Source of the DNA: Octopus sinensis
Lineage: Eukaryota
Direction of reading: 5' to 3'
NCBI RefSeq assembly: GCF_006345805.1
Contig: NC_042999.1
Coordinates: 55,428,001-55,492,000, forward strand
Length of the DNA: 64,000 bases
A program made the translations under genes and the position numbers. Positions within the stretch are counted from its first letter, which is position 1, and every line of letters begins with the position of its first letter. Below, one piece after another: positions 41,644 to 55,542 of this stretch. The notes under the pieces are model-generated. The model searched no databases. It had not been told where the DNA came from and saw nothing but the letters and a program-made list of their open reading frames with translations.

Positions 41644-42316
41644 GTGTGTGTGTGGGGTGTGTGGTGTGTGTGCGTGTGGTGTGGTGTGTGTGGGCGTATG
41701 TATGTATGTATGTATGTATGTATGTATGTATGTATGTATGTATGTATTGGTGCGTCTTGGGAGAGTCATAAAGCCCATAATAATGACACAAGCACAGGTA
41801 GAGTGTCGCTTCTTTATTGCTAGTCAATTGTTTAAGTAATTAACTAATTAACTAATCGATTGTTTGTTTAATGTACCGATTAAGCAATCAATCAGTTTGT
41901 TAATCAAAGTTCTTTCGTCACAGTTCGTGACCTTTTCAATGATTCTGAAGCTGCCCCTGTCGCTTCAAGGTTTGCTTTCTATACAAAAATAAAGTGCACA
42001 CATACTCACTCACACATAAGCACAAATACACACACACACACACTCATGTATATTTTATCCTTTACTTTTTATTTGCTGAAGCCATTCTGGACACAAACCT
42101 GCATTTTTAGTCGAACAAATCGACCTCCTCGACACTTGAGTTTTAAGTCTTGTCCTGTTGGACACTTTTGCCGTACTAAGTTACGAGGACGTGAGCAAAC
42201 CAATACCGGCTGTTAAACAGTGGTGGGAACAACAGAAATACAAGGACACACACACATGCAATTATATATACATATCTATCTATCTATCTATCATCTCTCT
42301 CATTCTCTCTCTCTCT

Positions 42317-42364
<48 letters not shown>

Positions 42365-42451
42365 GTATGTATATATATAAATGTGATCGCGTGTGTACCG
42401 TTGGCGATTTTTTTCCTCCGTCTTCCTTCTCTGGATCTTTCCTTTACTTGT

Positions 42452-42485
42452 GTTCTGATGAAGAGCTCCGCTTGAAACGTTAAAC
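42452..42485 (+). ncRNA. Minimal hammerhead motif
   Basis: GTT-CTGATGA-A-GAGC-TCC-GCTT-GAAA-CG-TT-AAAC inside a ~205 bp element flanked by (TA)n on both sides. Confidence 0.65.
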
Positions 42486-42581
42486 TCCTTCTTCCTTTCC
42501 TTCCTGAGCGTCCAATAATACTATATTTGTTCCACGTCCTCGCGTTGTTGTGGTTTCTCTTTGTGTTTTCATGTTGGATTA

Positions 42582-42751
<170 letters not shown>

Positions 42752-44026
42752 TGCAGTTAAGTATATGTCCGGTCATACAGTGACCAGTGGTTTCGCTTCC
42801 GTAAAGGGCTTCGCCCCATGGACTACTCGTCAGACTCTCTATATATATATGAGGGGTTTCTCCGTAGTTTCCTTCTACCAAATTCACCCACAAGGTATTA
42901 TTGAGTCCGCGAAATCGGACTGAACCAGAAAACACATGGTTCGTAGTGAAGAAAAACAGGAAGTTAAACGAAATACTTAATGGAATTAGCTCAGTGTTGG
43001 TGTATTTATTTCAAATACAATGACTCACACAAAACTTACTTTCATTCTTTTTATGTCATGAATTTTCAATAAGAACTGTTACTGTTTTTACTTTTTCTTT
43101 ATATTTCATATTAAAAACTTTTTCACCCTCAAACATTCATTGCTGTTACCATTGCTTTTATCGCCCTAATTATATAACATTACTGCTTTGAAACCACATA
43201 ACATTACGAGCATGAGCCGAATTCCTCAGCTACGAAGTCACACGCCTTCACCTATTCTTGGATGACGAAAACTGCTTCCCAACCATGTAGTTACGGGTTC
43301 ATTCCCACGGCACAGCATCCTGGGCAAGTGTCTTTTACAATAGCCCCAGGCTGGCCAAAGCCTTGAGCATGAATTTGGTTGATGGAAACTGAAAAGAAGC
43401 TCATTAGCTACGTGCATGTGGCACTTTTTGTTTGTGTTGTCCTGCACCAGCGCCACCAGCACTTGACAACCGATAGTTGTTCCATCTCCGTAACTAGCGG
43501 TTTGGCAAAAGAGACCGATAGAATAAATACCAGGTTTACCAATAGGTATTGGGGCCTATGTGTTCGACGAAACCCTGCAGTCCAATAAATAGAAGAAAAC
43601 AATTACAGGTAATTTAGGGTTCATGCAATCTTTCATCGGAGGTTTTCAGACTTGTATAAAACCAGATCGGGGCCCGTGTTTTGATCCATGAGTATCTTCC
43701 TATTCCTAAACATTACGTCATTATGCACTCTGGTCATATCAATTATTACAAATGAAGATCTCGTGTTACAGAATTTCCAACCTAAATAGCAACAACCAGC
43801 TGCTCTGTCACGCTTGTGTAGACATTAAAGTGCTGTTGCTTTTTTTGTCTTGTTTCGTTTGGTGATATTGTTGTCTGTTTATGCTTTTAATAGGATTGTA
43901 CTTGTTTACTTATAATATATACGTAATATATACATATTATACATAACACGTACAACAATCTACCCCTTATACACATCGTAAACTCCATATATAGACATGC
44001 TAAATAGTTTTGTGTGTGTGTGTGTG

Positions 44027-44080
<54 letters not shown>

Positions 44081-44774
44081 TGTGTGTGTGTGTGTTGCAA
44101 GCAAAAGAAAAGAAAAAAAAGACACCCGAAATGCAGCATTCTTCAGGCAACATTCTTTTCTATTTTTCTGTTTTTTTAAACTAAATTGTTTCACGTGCCA
44201 TCGTATTTTCTCGACCTGCTGGAAATACCACCGAAGTTAAAATATCTCCAGAAACAAAAAAAATAAAAATACAAAGAATAAATTATATAATGTAGCCTTT
44301 ATATATACTAAGGCGCAGACATGGCTCTGGTTAAGAAGCTCGCTTCGCAAACACATGATTTCCGGTTCAGTCCCACTGCACAACACCTTGAGAAAAGTGC
44401 CTTCTATGATAGACCGGGGTCGACCAATGTCTTGTGAGTGAATTTGTTCCAAAGAAACTGTGGACGCCCGTCGTATATATTTAAATGCCAGTGCAAAAAT
44501 ATAAATACACCTGATACAATCACAATATTTAAAGAAAGACTTTCTTAAAAGTTATTAAATTATTTGTTTTTGTTTCAAACACAAGAACCGTTTAGAAAGA
44601 AGTCTTCACGTGATGAGCCTTTTTGTGTTAAGCGCTTTCGTCAATTAACTTTTAAATCTGTTATGCGTTAATCCATAGAATAACTTTCAGAAAATCTGTC
44701 TGTATGTATAACATACATACAACATACATACATACATACATACATACATACATACACATACATACATACCATAT

Positions 44775-44819
<45 letters not shown>

Positions 44820-44946
44820 ATATATATATATAATATTTACACATATACACATACATAGAGAGAGTTTGCGAAAAAAGCAAAAGACGAAGACAGGTGGTGT
44901 ACAAAACAAAAACTGTATTAGTATAACGCTCAGGAATAGTAAAAGT

Positions 44947-44982
44947 CTTTTACGTTTCGAGCATCCGCTCTTCTACAGAAAG
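44947..44982 (-). ncRNA. Minimal hammerhead-like motif, U6 core variant
   Basis: CTTT-CTGTAGA-A-GAGC-GGAT-GCTC-GAAA-CG-TA-AAAG; same family as 34230-34265 with a different stem II loop. Confidence 0.6.
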
Positions 44983-45040
44983 TGACACAGAAAAAACAAG
45001 GAGAGAAACAAAGAGAGAACATATGTATATATTAATATAT

Positions 45041-45114
<74 letters not shown>

Positions 45115-45143
45115 GTATATATGTTTGCATATACATACATATA

Positions 45144-45284
45144 GTTGTGTCTGGGGAGAGTCATTCTCTTTTAGTGCCTTCTAATTTAACACACTCACCG
45201 GTAAAATTTCCACTTATTTCTTTTCTATTTTTCTAAAATTTTCGTTGCGTCTTGCAAAAGAGAATGACTCTCCCCAGACACAAC
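45144..45284. repeat. 29 bp perfect inverted repeat with 83 bp spacer
   Basis: GTTGTGTCTGGGGAGAGTCATTCTCTTTT / AAAAGAGAATGACTCTCCCCAGACACAAC. Confidence 0.88.
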
Positions 45285-45778
45285 AGAATATGCTTCAACA
45301 CACGAACTCACATAAAGAATCTTGCTAACGAAATCCCAAAACGAAATATATATATACAATAAACAGCAGACTTTAAAAAAATAAAATTCCTGGGGTTGAT
45401 TTGTTCAACTAGAACTCTTAAAGTTAGTGCTCCAGTACGGCCACAGTCCAGTGACTGAAACAAATAAAAGATAAAAGAGAATATGTCTTAAAATGAATAA
45501 CGTATTAGCCATGGCTGGAATGTCTTTAAAACTTTGTCTGTTGGATCAGGGCTGACGTTGAGATTATCAAAAGCAACGGACCCACTATAAAAAAAGTCGA
45601 TTTATTGAGATATTTCTTGATAGTAAACTTTTGGTTAACTCAGCTGTTATCCAAGACATCTATATGTAAAAGTTTAGGTTTCTCTCACTGCAGATGTTGC
45701 GTAATATAAAGAAAAGTATTGACTGTTTTAGAAATTATTATTATTATTATTATTTTTTTATTTTTATTATTATTATTA

Positions 45779-46900
45779 CTTTTTTTTTTTCTTCTTTCAA
45801 ATTTTCTTCCATTTCTTGCCGAGTGTCTTCCCGACTCCTAGGGCAAAGAAACTCATAGTGTATATTGGTAGGCCATTAAACCAAACTCAGTAGTTCGTTC
45901 ATTTTTTTTTTTTTTTTTTTTTTAAGTTAAATTAAAATACATGAGCGCAGCAACAGTTCTCACATCGACAATGCTCTTCTCAATACGTGTGATGTACCAG
46001 TTAAGACAATCTTTTGCACTTCTTGCAGGGATGGTAAGCCAGGGATCATTTTATATAATTTTCGGTTCCCTTCTTGATCATTCCTAGTGCTCCTACGATC
46101 ACTGGTATTGTAACCGCCTTGAGATGCCACATTTTCTCAATTTCAATGAGTAGGTCTTTATATTTCTGAGCTTGTCAAACTCTTTCGCTGAGATATTATG
46201 ATCACAGGGGATGCTCATGTCGATCAATAAGCAAACTTTATTGTTTTGGTCTTTCACAACAATATCTGGTTTATGGCCTTGATGGTTCGGTCTGTATGTA
46301 CTGGAAAGTCCCACAGAATGGTTACATTTTCTCCTTCAGTTACAGCCTCAGGGTGGTGATTATACCACTTGTCGGCAGTTTTGATATTGTAATGCCGACT
46401 TATTAGCCAGTGGAGATATTGGCCAACTCTGTCATGTCTTAATTTATACTCCACTGGTGCTAAAACTTTACATCCAGAGATTAGGTGGTCCACTGTTTCA
46501 ATCATGTCGTTGCAGAATCGGCATTTTGGGTCTGCTCCATTTTTCATCACATTGGCCTGGTAGTTCCGGGTTAATAGGCTTTGGTCTTGAGCAGCCAGGA
46601 TGAAACCTTCGCTCTCTGCTTTTAGCCCTGAGCTCCGCAGCCACTGATGGGTTTGCTTCTGGTCAACATCAGCTTGTTTGCTGCGGGTCACATATTTGCC
46701 GTGCAGAGGTTCTCCTCCCACCTATCAGCCAATTGCTCGTGCGCTTTTTTCATTGCCATCATTTTCACCTTCTTTGCAACAATAGTTGCCGTACTTCCCT
46801 CGGGTTGTTCAGTTTGGGTATCCTGCACGAGATCAATAGCAAATTTTTTGCTTTCCTTGATGATAGAATGAAGCTTCTTTCGTCTCTCGTGATTTTCCAC
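45779..46900 (-). mobile_element. 5'-truncated R4/Dong family A copy
   Basis: Near-identical to 16340-17455; (TTA)n on both sides. Confidence 0.93.
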
Positions 46901-46917
46901 TATTATCATTATTATTA

Positions 46918-46962
<45 letters not shown>

Positions 46963-46980
46963 CATTATTATTATTATTAT

Positions 46981-47498
46981 TCAGTAGTTTTATTTTTATA
47001 GCGTGCTTTCACTTCACTACCGAGCGCAGCTCTGTGTGCCTTGGGTAAGTGTTGTGGTGCTCTGATGGTTACTGTATTGAAAGTGTTCTGCGTAGGATGT
47101 GTGCAGTGCCTAGTAGTGCAATTTTCTGTATGTTATATGTGTTTGTAAGTCCTGGTGTTTTTGTTATGTATTTGTCTGAATATTTTTTTATCATGCCTAA
47201 TGCACCTACTATTATAGGAATTGTTTCTGTTTTTAAATTCCACATTCTGGTTACCTCTATTTCCAGGTCTTTGTATTTTGAGAGTTTCCCCATTTCTTTT
47301 AGAGACACATTGTCATCTGCCGGTATTGATACATCAATTAGAAAGCATTTTTTTCTTCATGATCTCTGACAACTATATCTGGCCTGTTGGCCTTTAATTT
47401 CTCTATCTGTGTGTATCGGCATATCCCAGAGTATGGTTGCTTCTTCCTGTTTCTGTGACCTTTTCTGGTTGTGTCTATATCCATCTTTTTTCTGTTGT
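46981..47498 (-). mobile_element. R4/Dong family B 3' fragment
   Basis: Highly similar to 13311-13840; ORF 47069-47308. Confidence 0.9.
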
Positions 47499-47512
47499 TA
47501 TTATTATTATTA

Positions 47513-47561
<49 letters not shown>

Positions 47562-47625
47562 TTAATTATTATCATTTCTCAGTAGACATGTGTATGTGTG
47601 TGTGCGCGTGCGTGTCTCTGCGTAT

Positions 47626-47666
<41 letters not shown>

Positions 47667-47868
47667 GGTGTGTGTATACGAGTGCGTGTAAATATATAGA
47701 TAAATTCTGTCAGATAACTCCGCGCTAAGTCTACGAAAATGGCTCAATAGAGCTCAACAAAGGCTAGAGCAATGTATCTAAAACATATAACGATATATAC
47801 ATAATTGATAGCATGTTCATAAAGACACAAGCATGGAACGGCACATCTAAGAATGAATGGGTTTAGAC

Positions 47869-48148
47869 CAGCGGTTCCCAAACTTTTTCGGGCTTGACAT
47901 CAAGGCCGCATTTCTAGCGTCCGCACCCCAACTAACCATCACAAGCATAGACCTCTTTCTGAAGCAAATTCAAAACAACTGTATTGCACAAATAAAACTT
48001 AACCTAATGCACCCATTGTCGCTAACCCATTATCACCCAACTTTTTAGATGAATCGTTACCCCATTATTGCTCCACTTTTCTTCAACGCCCCCTTCGAAA
48101 TTTCCACTGTCCCCAAGGGGGCAATATCGCCCACTTTGGAAACCACTG
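47869..48148. mobile_element. hAT/Charlie-type MITE
   Basis: TIRs CAGCGGTTCCCAAA / TTTGGAAACCACTG; perfect 8-bp TSD GTTTAGAC at 47861-47868 and 48149-48156. Confidence 0.88.
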
Positions 48149-49469
48149 GTTTAGACTTTCTTCAAGTCTAAACCCCTTCGTCCTTAAAGAATTTCTATGT
48201 TAGAAAGCTCCAAATGACACCAGCAAGCTTACAGACACCGGTGTTTTTCATGTGACAGTCGCCACTTTCGTCATTTGGAGCAAACCGAGACTTCTACCTC
48301 TATACAAACTTCCTAGGGCATAATTGTGTTCTTGTTTTCTCTGTATATGTTCAAGTATTTCATACAGGTTAACTGCTTTCCTGATGACATCTATTGAGGC
48401 AAAAACATATGTTAATGGATGTCTTTTGTATCTAGACAATCAGACTGTCATTTACTTAATGCTATGTAAATTATGAAAAAAAATACTTGATAACTGAGAC
48501 GATCTCTCCTTCTCATTTGGAGTTTGTGGCAACTGACACCAAGTGATGGATTGCTCTACCTTCTCTGGAGGCAGAGACAATGTTTAATTAAAATGAAGAG
48601 TTTATTTTCTATGGTATTAAATCATTTACACGCCCCCCCACACACACACATTATTTATTTAATGTCATCTGGGTAATAACCTCATAACGTGAATTTCGAA
48701 GCGCCTATACAGTTATCGGCTACCATATGCCAATATGCAGCAGGATTACTCCTTTTACAGGATATATACGCGGAAGCTTATTTGTGTACGTAATGCACAG
48801 AAATAATTGTAATGATTTGTGATTAAATCATGTTCACTCCATGACCTAGAAGCTGACACACTTAAACAAACGCACCTAAATACAAAGGTTTAAAATCTGA
48901 ACTTTAGCTTTCATAAATCTCCCATTATAATTGAAATAAAACAAACAACTACACCTAGTAACGCTCTTACTGACCAGCAAACCTCTTCCACCTACATACA
49001 TTCTTTGGAGGACTCCGAGAAAACAGCCTCGTTACCTGAATCTGACACACCTAAATAGACACACATGGCTACAAACATCTACATCCATGAATAAATGCTC
49101 AACAGTAACACAAAGCCCAAATTTTATCAATAGAAATACTCCATAACACTTCATCACAACCTACCCTACAACTTAATTATCATTCAAAAGAACTCCACCT
49201 ACCCCAGAAAAACCATGGGTTTACAATATAGAATTGTGATGAACCGTAACCTCTGACCTTATCATAAGAATACTTGGAGTTCATCACTAATCTAAACAAT
49301 TGCTGTGTGCCGTGCATGTGTTTGTGTACTGACATCGCTCCTTTACTCATGTGAGATATGAACCCTTTACAAACGTCATGTAAGGATCGTTGAACGCTTT
49401 CATCAGAGATGTCTCAGACACATTCTGAATATTGGATGGACCTTAAAAACTCTAGATACACTAGTTCTG

Positions 49470-49575
49470 AGTGAAGATGATATCTTGAGTATTGAGGCAA
49501 TTGTGAACCGCACCGATTACAATGGACTGGACAGCTTATTAGATGAATGATAGCAGGATCCCTAAGCAGCTGCTA
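49470..49575 (+). mobile_element. Small internal RTE-clade LINE fragment
   Basis: SIEAIV..LQWTG.LIR/MNDSRIPKQLLY, a typical RTE post-RT motif, frameshifted. Confidence 0.6.
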
Positions 49576-49594
49576 TATATATATATATATATAC

Positions 49595-49905
49595 ATAATG
49601 AATTAATAAATAAAACATATGCATATATACATACATATATGTACGTACCTACCTCTACATGTATATATACATGCATATATGGGTACAGGAAAACGCCGAA
49701 CACAATGAGAAACGAAAACATAAACACAAAACCAGGGAACTGGACATTTTTTTTAAACAACGTAAAAATAGACAACAGGACAAATAACACAAGGAAAATT
49801 CCCCTTCTTCAGTCGCCATGGTTTCATCTACTCTGCGTTTCGAAGGTGAAGGCGATACGCATCTTCGATAGAAACTTTCCTTCCCGCGAAAAGCAAATTA
49901 AATAA
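49595..49905. repeat. TA-flanked interspersed repeat (relatives at ~35715-35885 inverted and ~55015-55380)
   Basis: Shared GTACGTACCTACCTCTACATGTA (35820 copy) and TCCCGC..AAGCAAATTAAAT (55320 copy) blocks. Confidence 0.6.
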
Positions 49906-49908
49906 AAT

Positions 49909-49967
<59 letters not shown>

Positions 49968-50723
49968 AACACACACACACACACACAAATACATGCTCCA
50001 AATGTATTCGTTTGTTTTGCGTCAGTCTGTGATGTTGAGTATTTGCGTGGGTTCAGAAAAGAAAGTAAGAATCAAAGATTCATGTTAATGTTTAGCTCCT
50101 TCTCCCTCTTATCGTCGTCCTCCTCCTCATCTTCATCATCGTCGTCGTCATCATAATCATCATCATCATCATCATCATTGTCGTCATAATCGCGTTGCCG
50201 TCAATGTCTTCGTCGTCGTCATTATTCTTCATCTACAACCACTCCCATTCTCTCTCTCCCCTCCCCTCTCTATCCCCCTCTCTCTCTCTCCCTCTCTCTG
50301 TTCCTCTCTTCATCACTCACACTTTCTTCTATTCTCCTCAAATAGTTGCCGATTTAGTGTATCCCGATCAGAAAACAAAAATTATAAAATAAACAATTGC
50401 ATAAAAATACAAAAAATATAAAAAATAGATCATCAAATTGGAAGATAGGAGGAAGGAGAGAGAAAAGAGAGAGATAGAGACAGAGACAGAGAGAGAAAGA
50501 GAGAGAAGAGAGAGAGTTGGAGACAGAGAGAAAGGAAGAACCATTCAAAGAATGGCCATAAGAGTGAGGTCAGATATAATCTGGCATTTTTACAAGACAT
50601 TTCCATCATCGCCAACGGCAGCACAACACAAGATTTACACATAAACAAGAGACGAGGCTAAAATTAGCTTTCTTTTTCTATTAGAAGTTCTTAATACAAC
50701 AGTATAGATTCTAGAGGAGAAAG

Positions 50724-50757
<34 letters not shown>

Positions 50758-51074
50758 AAAGAGAAAGCATGAGAGAGAGAGAAACTTTGGTATTTCTGTG
50801 CAAACAGATCTGACGGTGAATATATGAAACGGTGGTGAGTGGTGGGGAGTAGCAATACACACAAACACACACCTACATTTATATACATCATATATACACC
50901 TATCTGCCTGTGTGTGTGTATGTGTATGTGTGTAGCTGTTTGTGGGTGATGTGTTTGCTTCTTGTATTTTTTGCGTTACACGCTTGGGGATACAATGTGC
51001 ATATATCCGTTGTCATAGTATGCATGTGTGGTGTTACATACATATATACATACATACATACACATATATATATA

Positions 51075-51118
<44 letters not shown>

Positions 51119-51601
51119 GTATATATATTTATATATATACACACACACACATATATGTATATATATAGAGAGAGAGGGGTGCAAATAAACATACATTATC
51201 TGTACGCGTGTGTGAGTATACATACATATATATATATGTATATATGTATATATATATATATTTACGCTTGTGTATGTGTGTGTGTTTCTAAGTGTATGCA
51301 TGTATGTAGGAAGATATAAAAACATGCCCACTTACATACGTATGTATGTATGTATGTATGTATCTATCTATCTATCTATACATATATATATATATATACA
51401 TACATACATACATACATACATACATACATACACACATACATACATACATACATACATACACACATACATACATACATATATATATAGAGAGAGAGAGGTG
51501 CAAACAAACACGCATGTCATACGTTGTGTTTGTATGTGCGAATAGATTGAAGAGGCGTGCATACATACATTCATACGCACACATACACACATACGTACAA
51601 G

Positions 51602-51657
<56 letters not shown>

Positions 51658-52624
51658 TATACATATAACATATATATATGTACATGTGTGTGTGTTATAT
51701 TATTATATATATATATAAATACACACACTTACAGATGTATGCGTTCGTGTATATAAATGCATACATACATACATGCATACATGCATGCATACATACATAC
51801 ATACATATATACATACAAGCGCATATGTACATATAACCACGTTTTAAGAATATACACATAACATCAAATGCACGGAACAATCCGCTTTTGTACGTATGTA
51901 TATTTGTGGTTGTGTACGTATGTATGTGCATGCATATATATATGTGTGTGTGTGTATGTGTGCGCGTGTGTATGTATGTGCGCGTGTGTGCGTATGTGTG
52001 TGCGTGATTTCCATGGTTCTGCCTGCGTTGACGTATGCCTATCTGTTTACACAGAAGACAATGGTTTTCGTTAAATACACAATAAATAGACCCGAGTGGC
52101 GGGTGGGAGTCTCGATCAGAATTAGACAAGTGGCGGGTGTGATATAAGGGAGTTGAGATACCTAAAACTGGGGTAGATTGTTTGTGGAGACGGATATCTC
52201 GCGTCAGTTAAAATGTTATACGGCGCCATCTTGGACGGCTTTTTTTTTTATAGTAGAAACTAATAAAACCTTTTCTTATGTTATTGTCACCATTGTTAGC
52301 GAGTATTGTTCCTGCAGTTGCTGTTGTTGTTTCTATTGCTTGCTAGTATTATTGTTGTGGTTGTTGTTGATGTAGGGGATATTGGTTTGCTGTGCCTCTG
52401 TAAGCAGTTTGTTGGGATTGAAAGGGCGCGAATGACTCTCCCACCCAGTACTGTTGTTTTTGTTGTAGTTGCTGTTGTTGCTGCTGCTGTTGTTGTTGTT
52501 GTTGTTATTGTTGTTGTTGTGATGGTGGTGGTCGTGGTGGTGGTGGAGGTAGCGGTGGCGACAGCGATGCCGGTAAAAAATCGGAAATTTTCACCGTGCA
52601 TATTAAGATACTGAAGTATTAGTT

Positions 52625-53090
52625 TGAAATTTTGAAACAAGGCCAGCAAGGGGGGTGGGGATGTGTCGATTACATCTACCCCACCCCCGTGCTCAACTGG
52701 TATTTATTTTATCGACCTCGAAAGGACGAAGAGCAAAGTCGACCTCAGCAAAATTTGAATTCAGAACGTGAAGACGGACGCAATGCCGTCAAGCTTCCTA
52801 ACGACTCTGACATTTCGCTGACATATTTCAAGATGTTGAAATATTATCAAATATAGGCGGCGAGCCGGCAGAATTGTTAGCACGCCGGGCGAAATGCCTT
52901 GCAGTACTTCGTCTGCCGTTACGTTCTGAGTTCAAATTCCGCCGAGGTCGACTTTGCCTTTTATCCTTTCGGGATCGATTAAATAAGTACCAGTTACGCA
53001 TTGTGGATCGATGTAATCGACTTAGTCCTTTTCTCTGCCCTTGTTTATCCCCTCTATGTCTAGCCCCCTGAGGGCAACAAAGAAATAAAT
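52625..53090. mobile_element. Two family A SINEs head-to-head (52625-52820 minus, 52855-53090 plus)
   Basis: Family A core on both strands; another decayed copy at ~53413-53580. Confidence 0.8.
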
Positions 53091-53099
53091 ATCAAATAT

Positions 53100-54370
53100 T
53101 CCAGGTTAGAATTCCACAATTTTTGTCTTGAATACTTCTGTTGACATCAATAAATATTTTGCTCGAAAATTCCAAGTCAGAGGTCCAAAGTTCTTGTTGA
53201 TGCCTTAATGATTACGTAATAAGATACAATTTCTCTACAGGGTCCAAGCAGGGTCTCCTGTTACTGTGGCCAAAAGGAATCGTTTCTACCAGCAGGCAAT
53301 GTCGATACAAAACTTCTTAAACAAAAGACTCTTTAAAGCTCTTCTTTTAATTAAATTTACCACTTCCATAACTTGATCTAAAACTTGTTTCTGAACATTT
53401 TTATAAGTCGGAATGCGGCGAGCTAGCAGAATCGCCACCGCTCCTGACAAAATGTTTTGCATCAATTATTCCGACTTTACGGGGTTCACTTTCGATACGG
53501 TAAGTACTGCAGGGGTCAAGGTAATCGACTTGTCCCCTACCTCAAAATTTTTAATCTTGTGTCAAAAATTTGAAAATGATATTTTTATATTCCGGCCGAA
53601 CTCTGGAGAAAGCAGAGCCGTAAAAATAATCAGGTTTGTAATTCTTTTCATGCAGCCTGCCATAGATGGCAATAACACAAAAATAGCCAATACGTGACGT
53701 CTATGATAATTCCCAATCCTCAAGGCAGCAATTTATAATATGAAAATACACTTCATCTTTTGTAGTGTTTAGTGATTCTTGGAAACAAAATCACCGATTT
53801 CCTGCTTGATTTTTACCAATAAAACGAACGAATACCAATAATTGCGTTTTGGTGGTCAAGTATTTTGATTCTTCAACTTCCAAAACAAAATTGGAGTGGT
53901 GGAGCTTAACATGGCATAAATTTTTCTGAATGTCAACAGATAATTCCAAATCTATCAAGGAATTGCATCAATAGAGAGAGGGATTTCAGCTATTTCTTAT
54001 TTATTTGTTACTTAAAACTATTGTCAAGGTTTTAAAAATATATTTTTAAGAATATTATAATTTTAAAAATATCTTTTATCATTATTTTGAGAGTATTTTA
54101 AGTTAATATCATTCTTTAAGTGCGATAACTTTAGTTTAAAATGTCCCATGAAATTGGTAGGAAGCAGTTATGGGTCTGTCATTTTATATCCACAAATCTA
54201 ACACAATAGCGAACCTGATCTTTAATTCCAGTCCAAGAAAAAACAAATTTTAAAGAATTCTCATCATATTTACAGTTTGCATACGGTAATTTGCCTCGTT
54301 TGAAGATCATTATCAGATTCACACTGTCTCAATGTTACTTAGTTCCTTTTTCAAGAATTTATTCAGTATA
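53100..54370 (-). mobile_element. Heavily decayed hAT Buster/Charlie-like transposase relic, interrupted by a SINE
   Basis: Minus-strand remnants YDENSLKF.FSWTG, EIAEIPLS, ELSVDIQKNLC..FVLEVEES...QLLVFVRFI, TTKDEVYF, PSMAGC, QVLDQVMEVVNLIKRRALKSLLFKKFC in the order expected for Buster-family transposases. Not in the ORF track. Confidence 0.7.
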
Positions 54371-54849
54371 CATACATGTAAAAATCTGTAGAACATTCCA
54401 GACGTTTATCTTCTAAGTATATACAAGCATGTCTAGATATGCATGAGAAGGCATACATGAAACAAAGCATACAAATCTGCACATCTACATTAGTACATGC
54501 ATACAAAATACATTGTTGTTGTTGTTGATGTTTAAATTCCAATGAAAGAGCCTTGGATCTAGGTTAGAAACCGGGTCTTTCTCTATTGGCAAGAAATCTT
54601 GAAATAAATCCGAATAATGACACATACATACACATTTATGCAAACAAATATGCATATACATATGTACATATAGATACATACATACACACACATGCACACA
54701 CAAACACACACGCATACATACATACATATATACACACACACAAATTTAAATCTTAATTTGAATCTAAAGGCTTTTTGTGTGCTTTTAAATGGATTATAAA
54801 CACTTTCCACGCTGCAACAATTATTATATATATATATATATCTATATAT

Positions 54850-54937
<88 letters not shown>

Positions 54938-55056
54938 ATATATAATATAATATTATATATATATATAATATAATATAATATAATATAATATGATATAATA
55001 TAAATAATATATATATGCATATATACATACGTAAATGTACATACTTACATGTATAC

Positions 55057-55107
<51 letters not shown>

Positions 55108-55508
55108 TATGTGGGTACAGTACGTCACGAAACGTGTACAACAAAAAATACAAAGCACGACTACATGGAACATGAACTATTCTTCCGAACAACGAAATGG
55201 AAAACACAAATGGAAAACAAAACAAACATCATAAAGAACGACCCTTCATCAGTTGTTGGCTGTTTTTCTAGTTTCGTATTTCGAGCATTTCACAACAATA
55301 TACTCTTTCGATAAAACAGTTGCTCCCGCAAAGCAAATTAAATCAAATTTGGCATTTTGCGGAGGATCAAAATTGGTAACGCAAACAGGACAGTGAAAAC
55401 AGACAGGAAGGGCTGCTAAGCCTAAACGAGTTTGTGGCGGCGAACGCGTAAATCAAGCTTCGACAGGAGACAAACAAGAACACGTCTTCCTTGTTCCAGC
55501 TACATATA

Positions 55509-55540
<32 letters not shown>

Positions 55541-55542
<2 letters not shown>

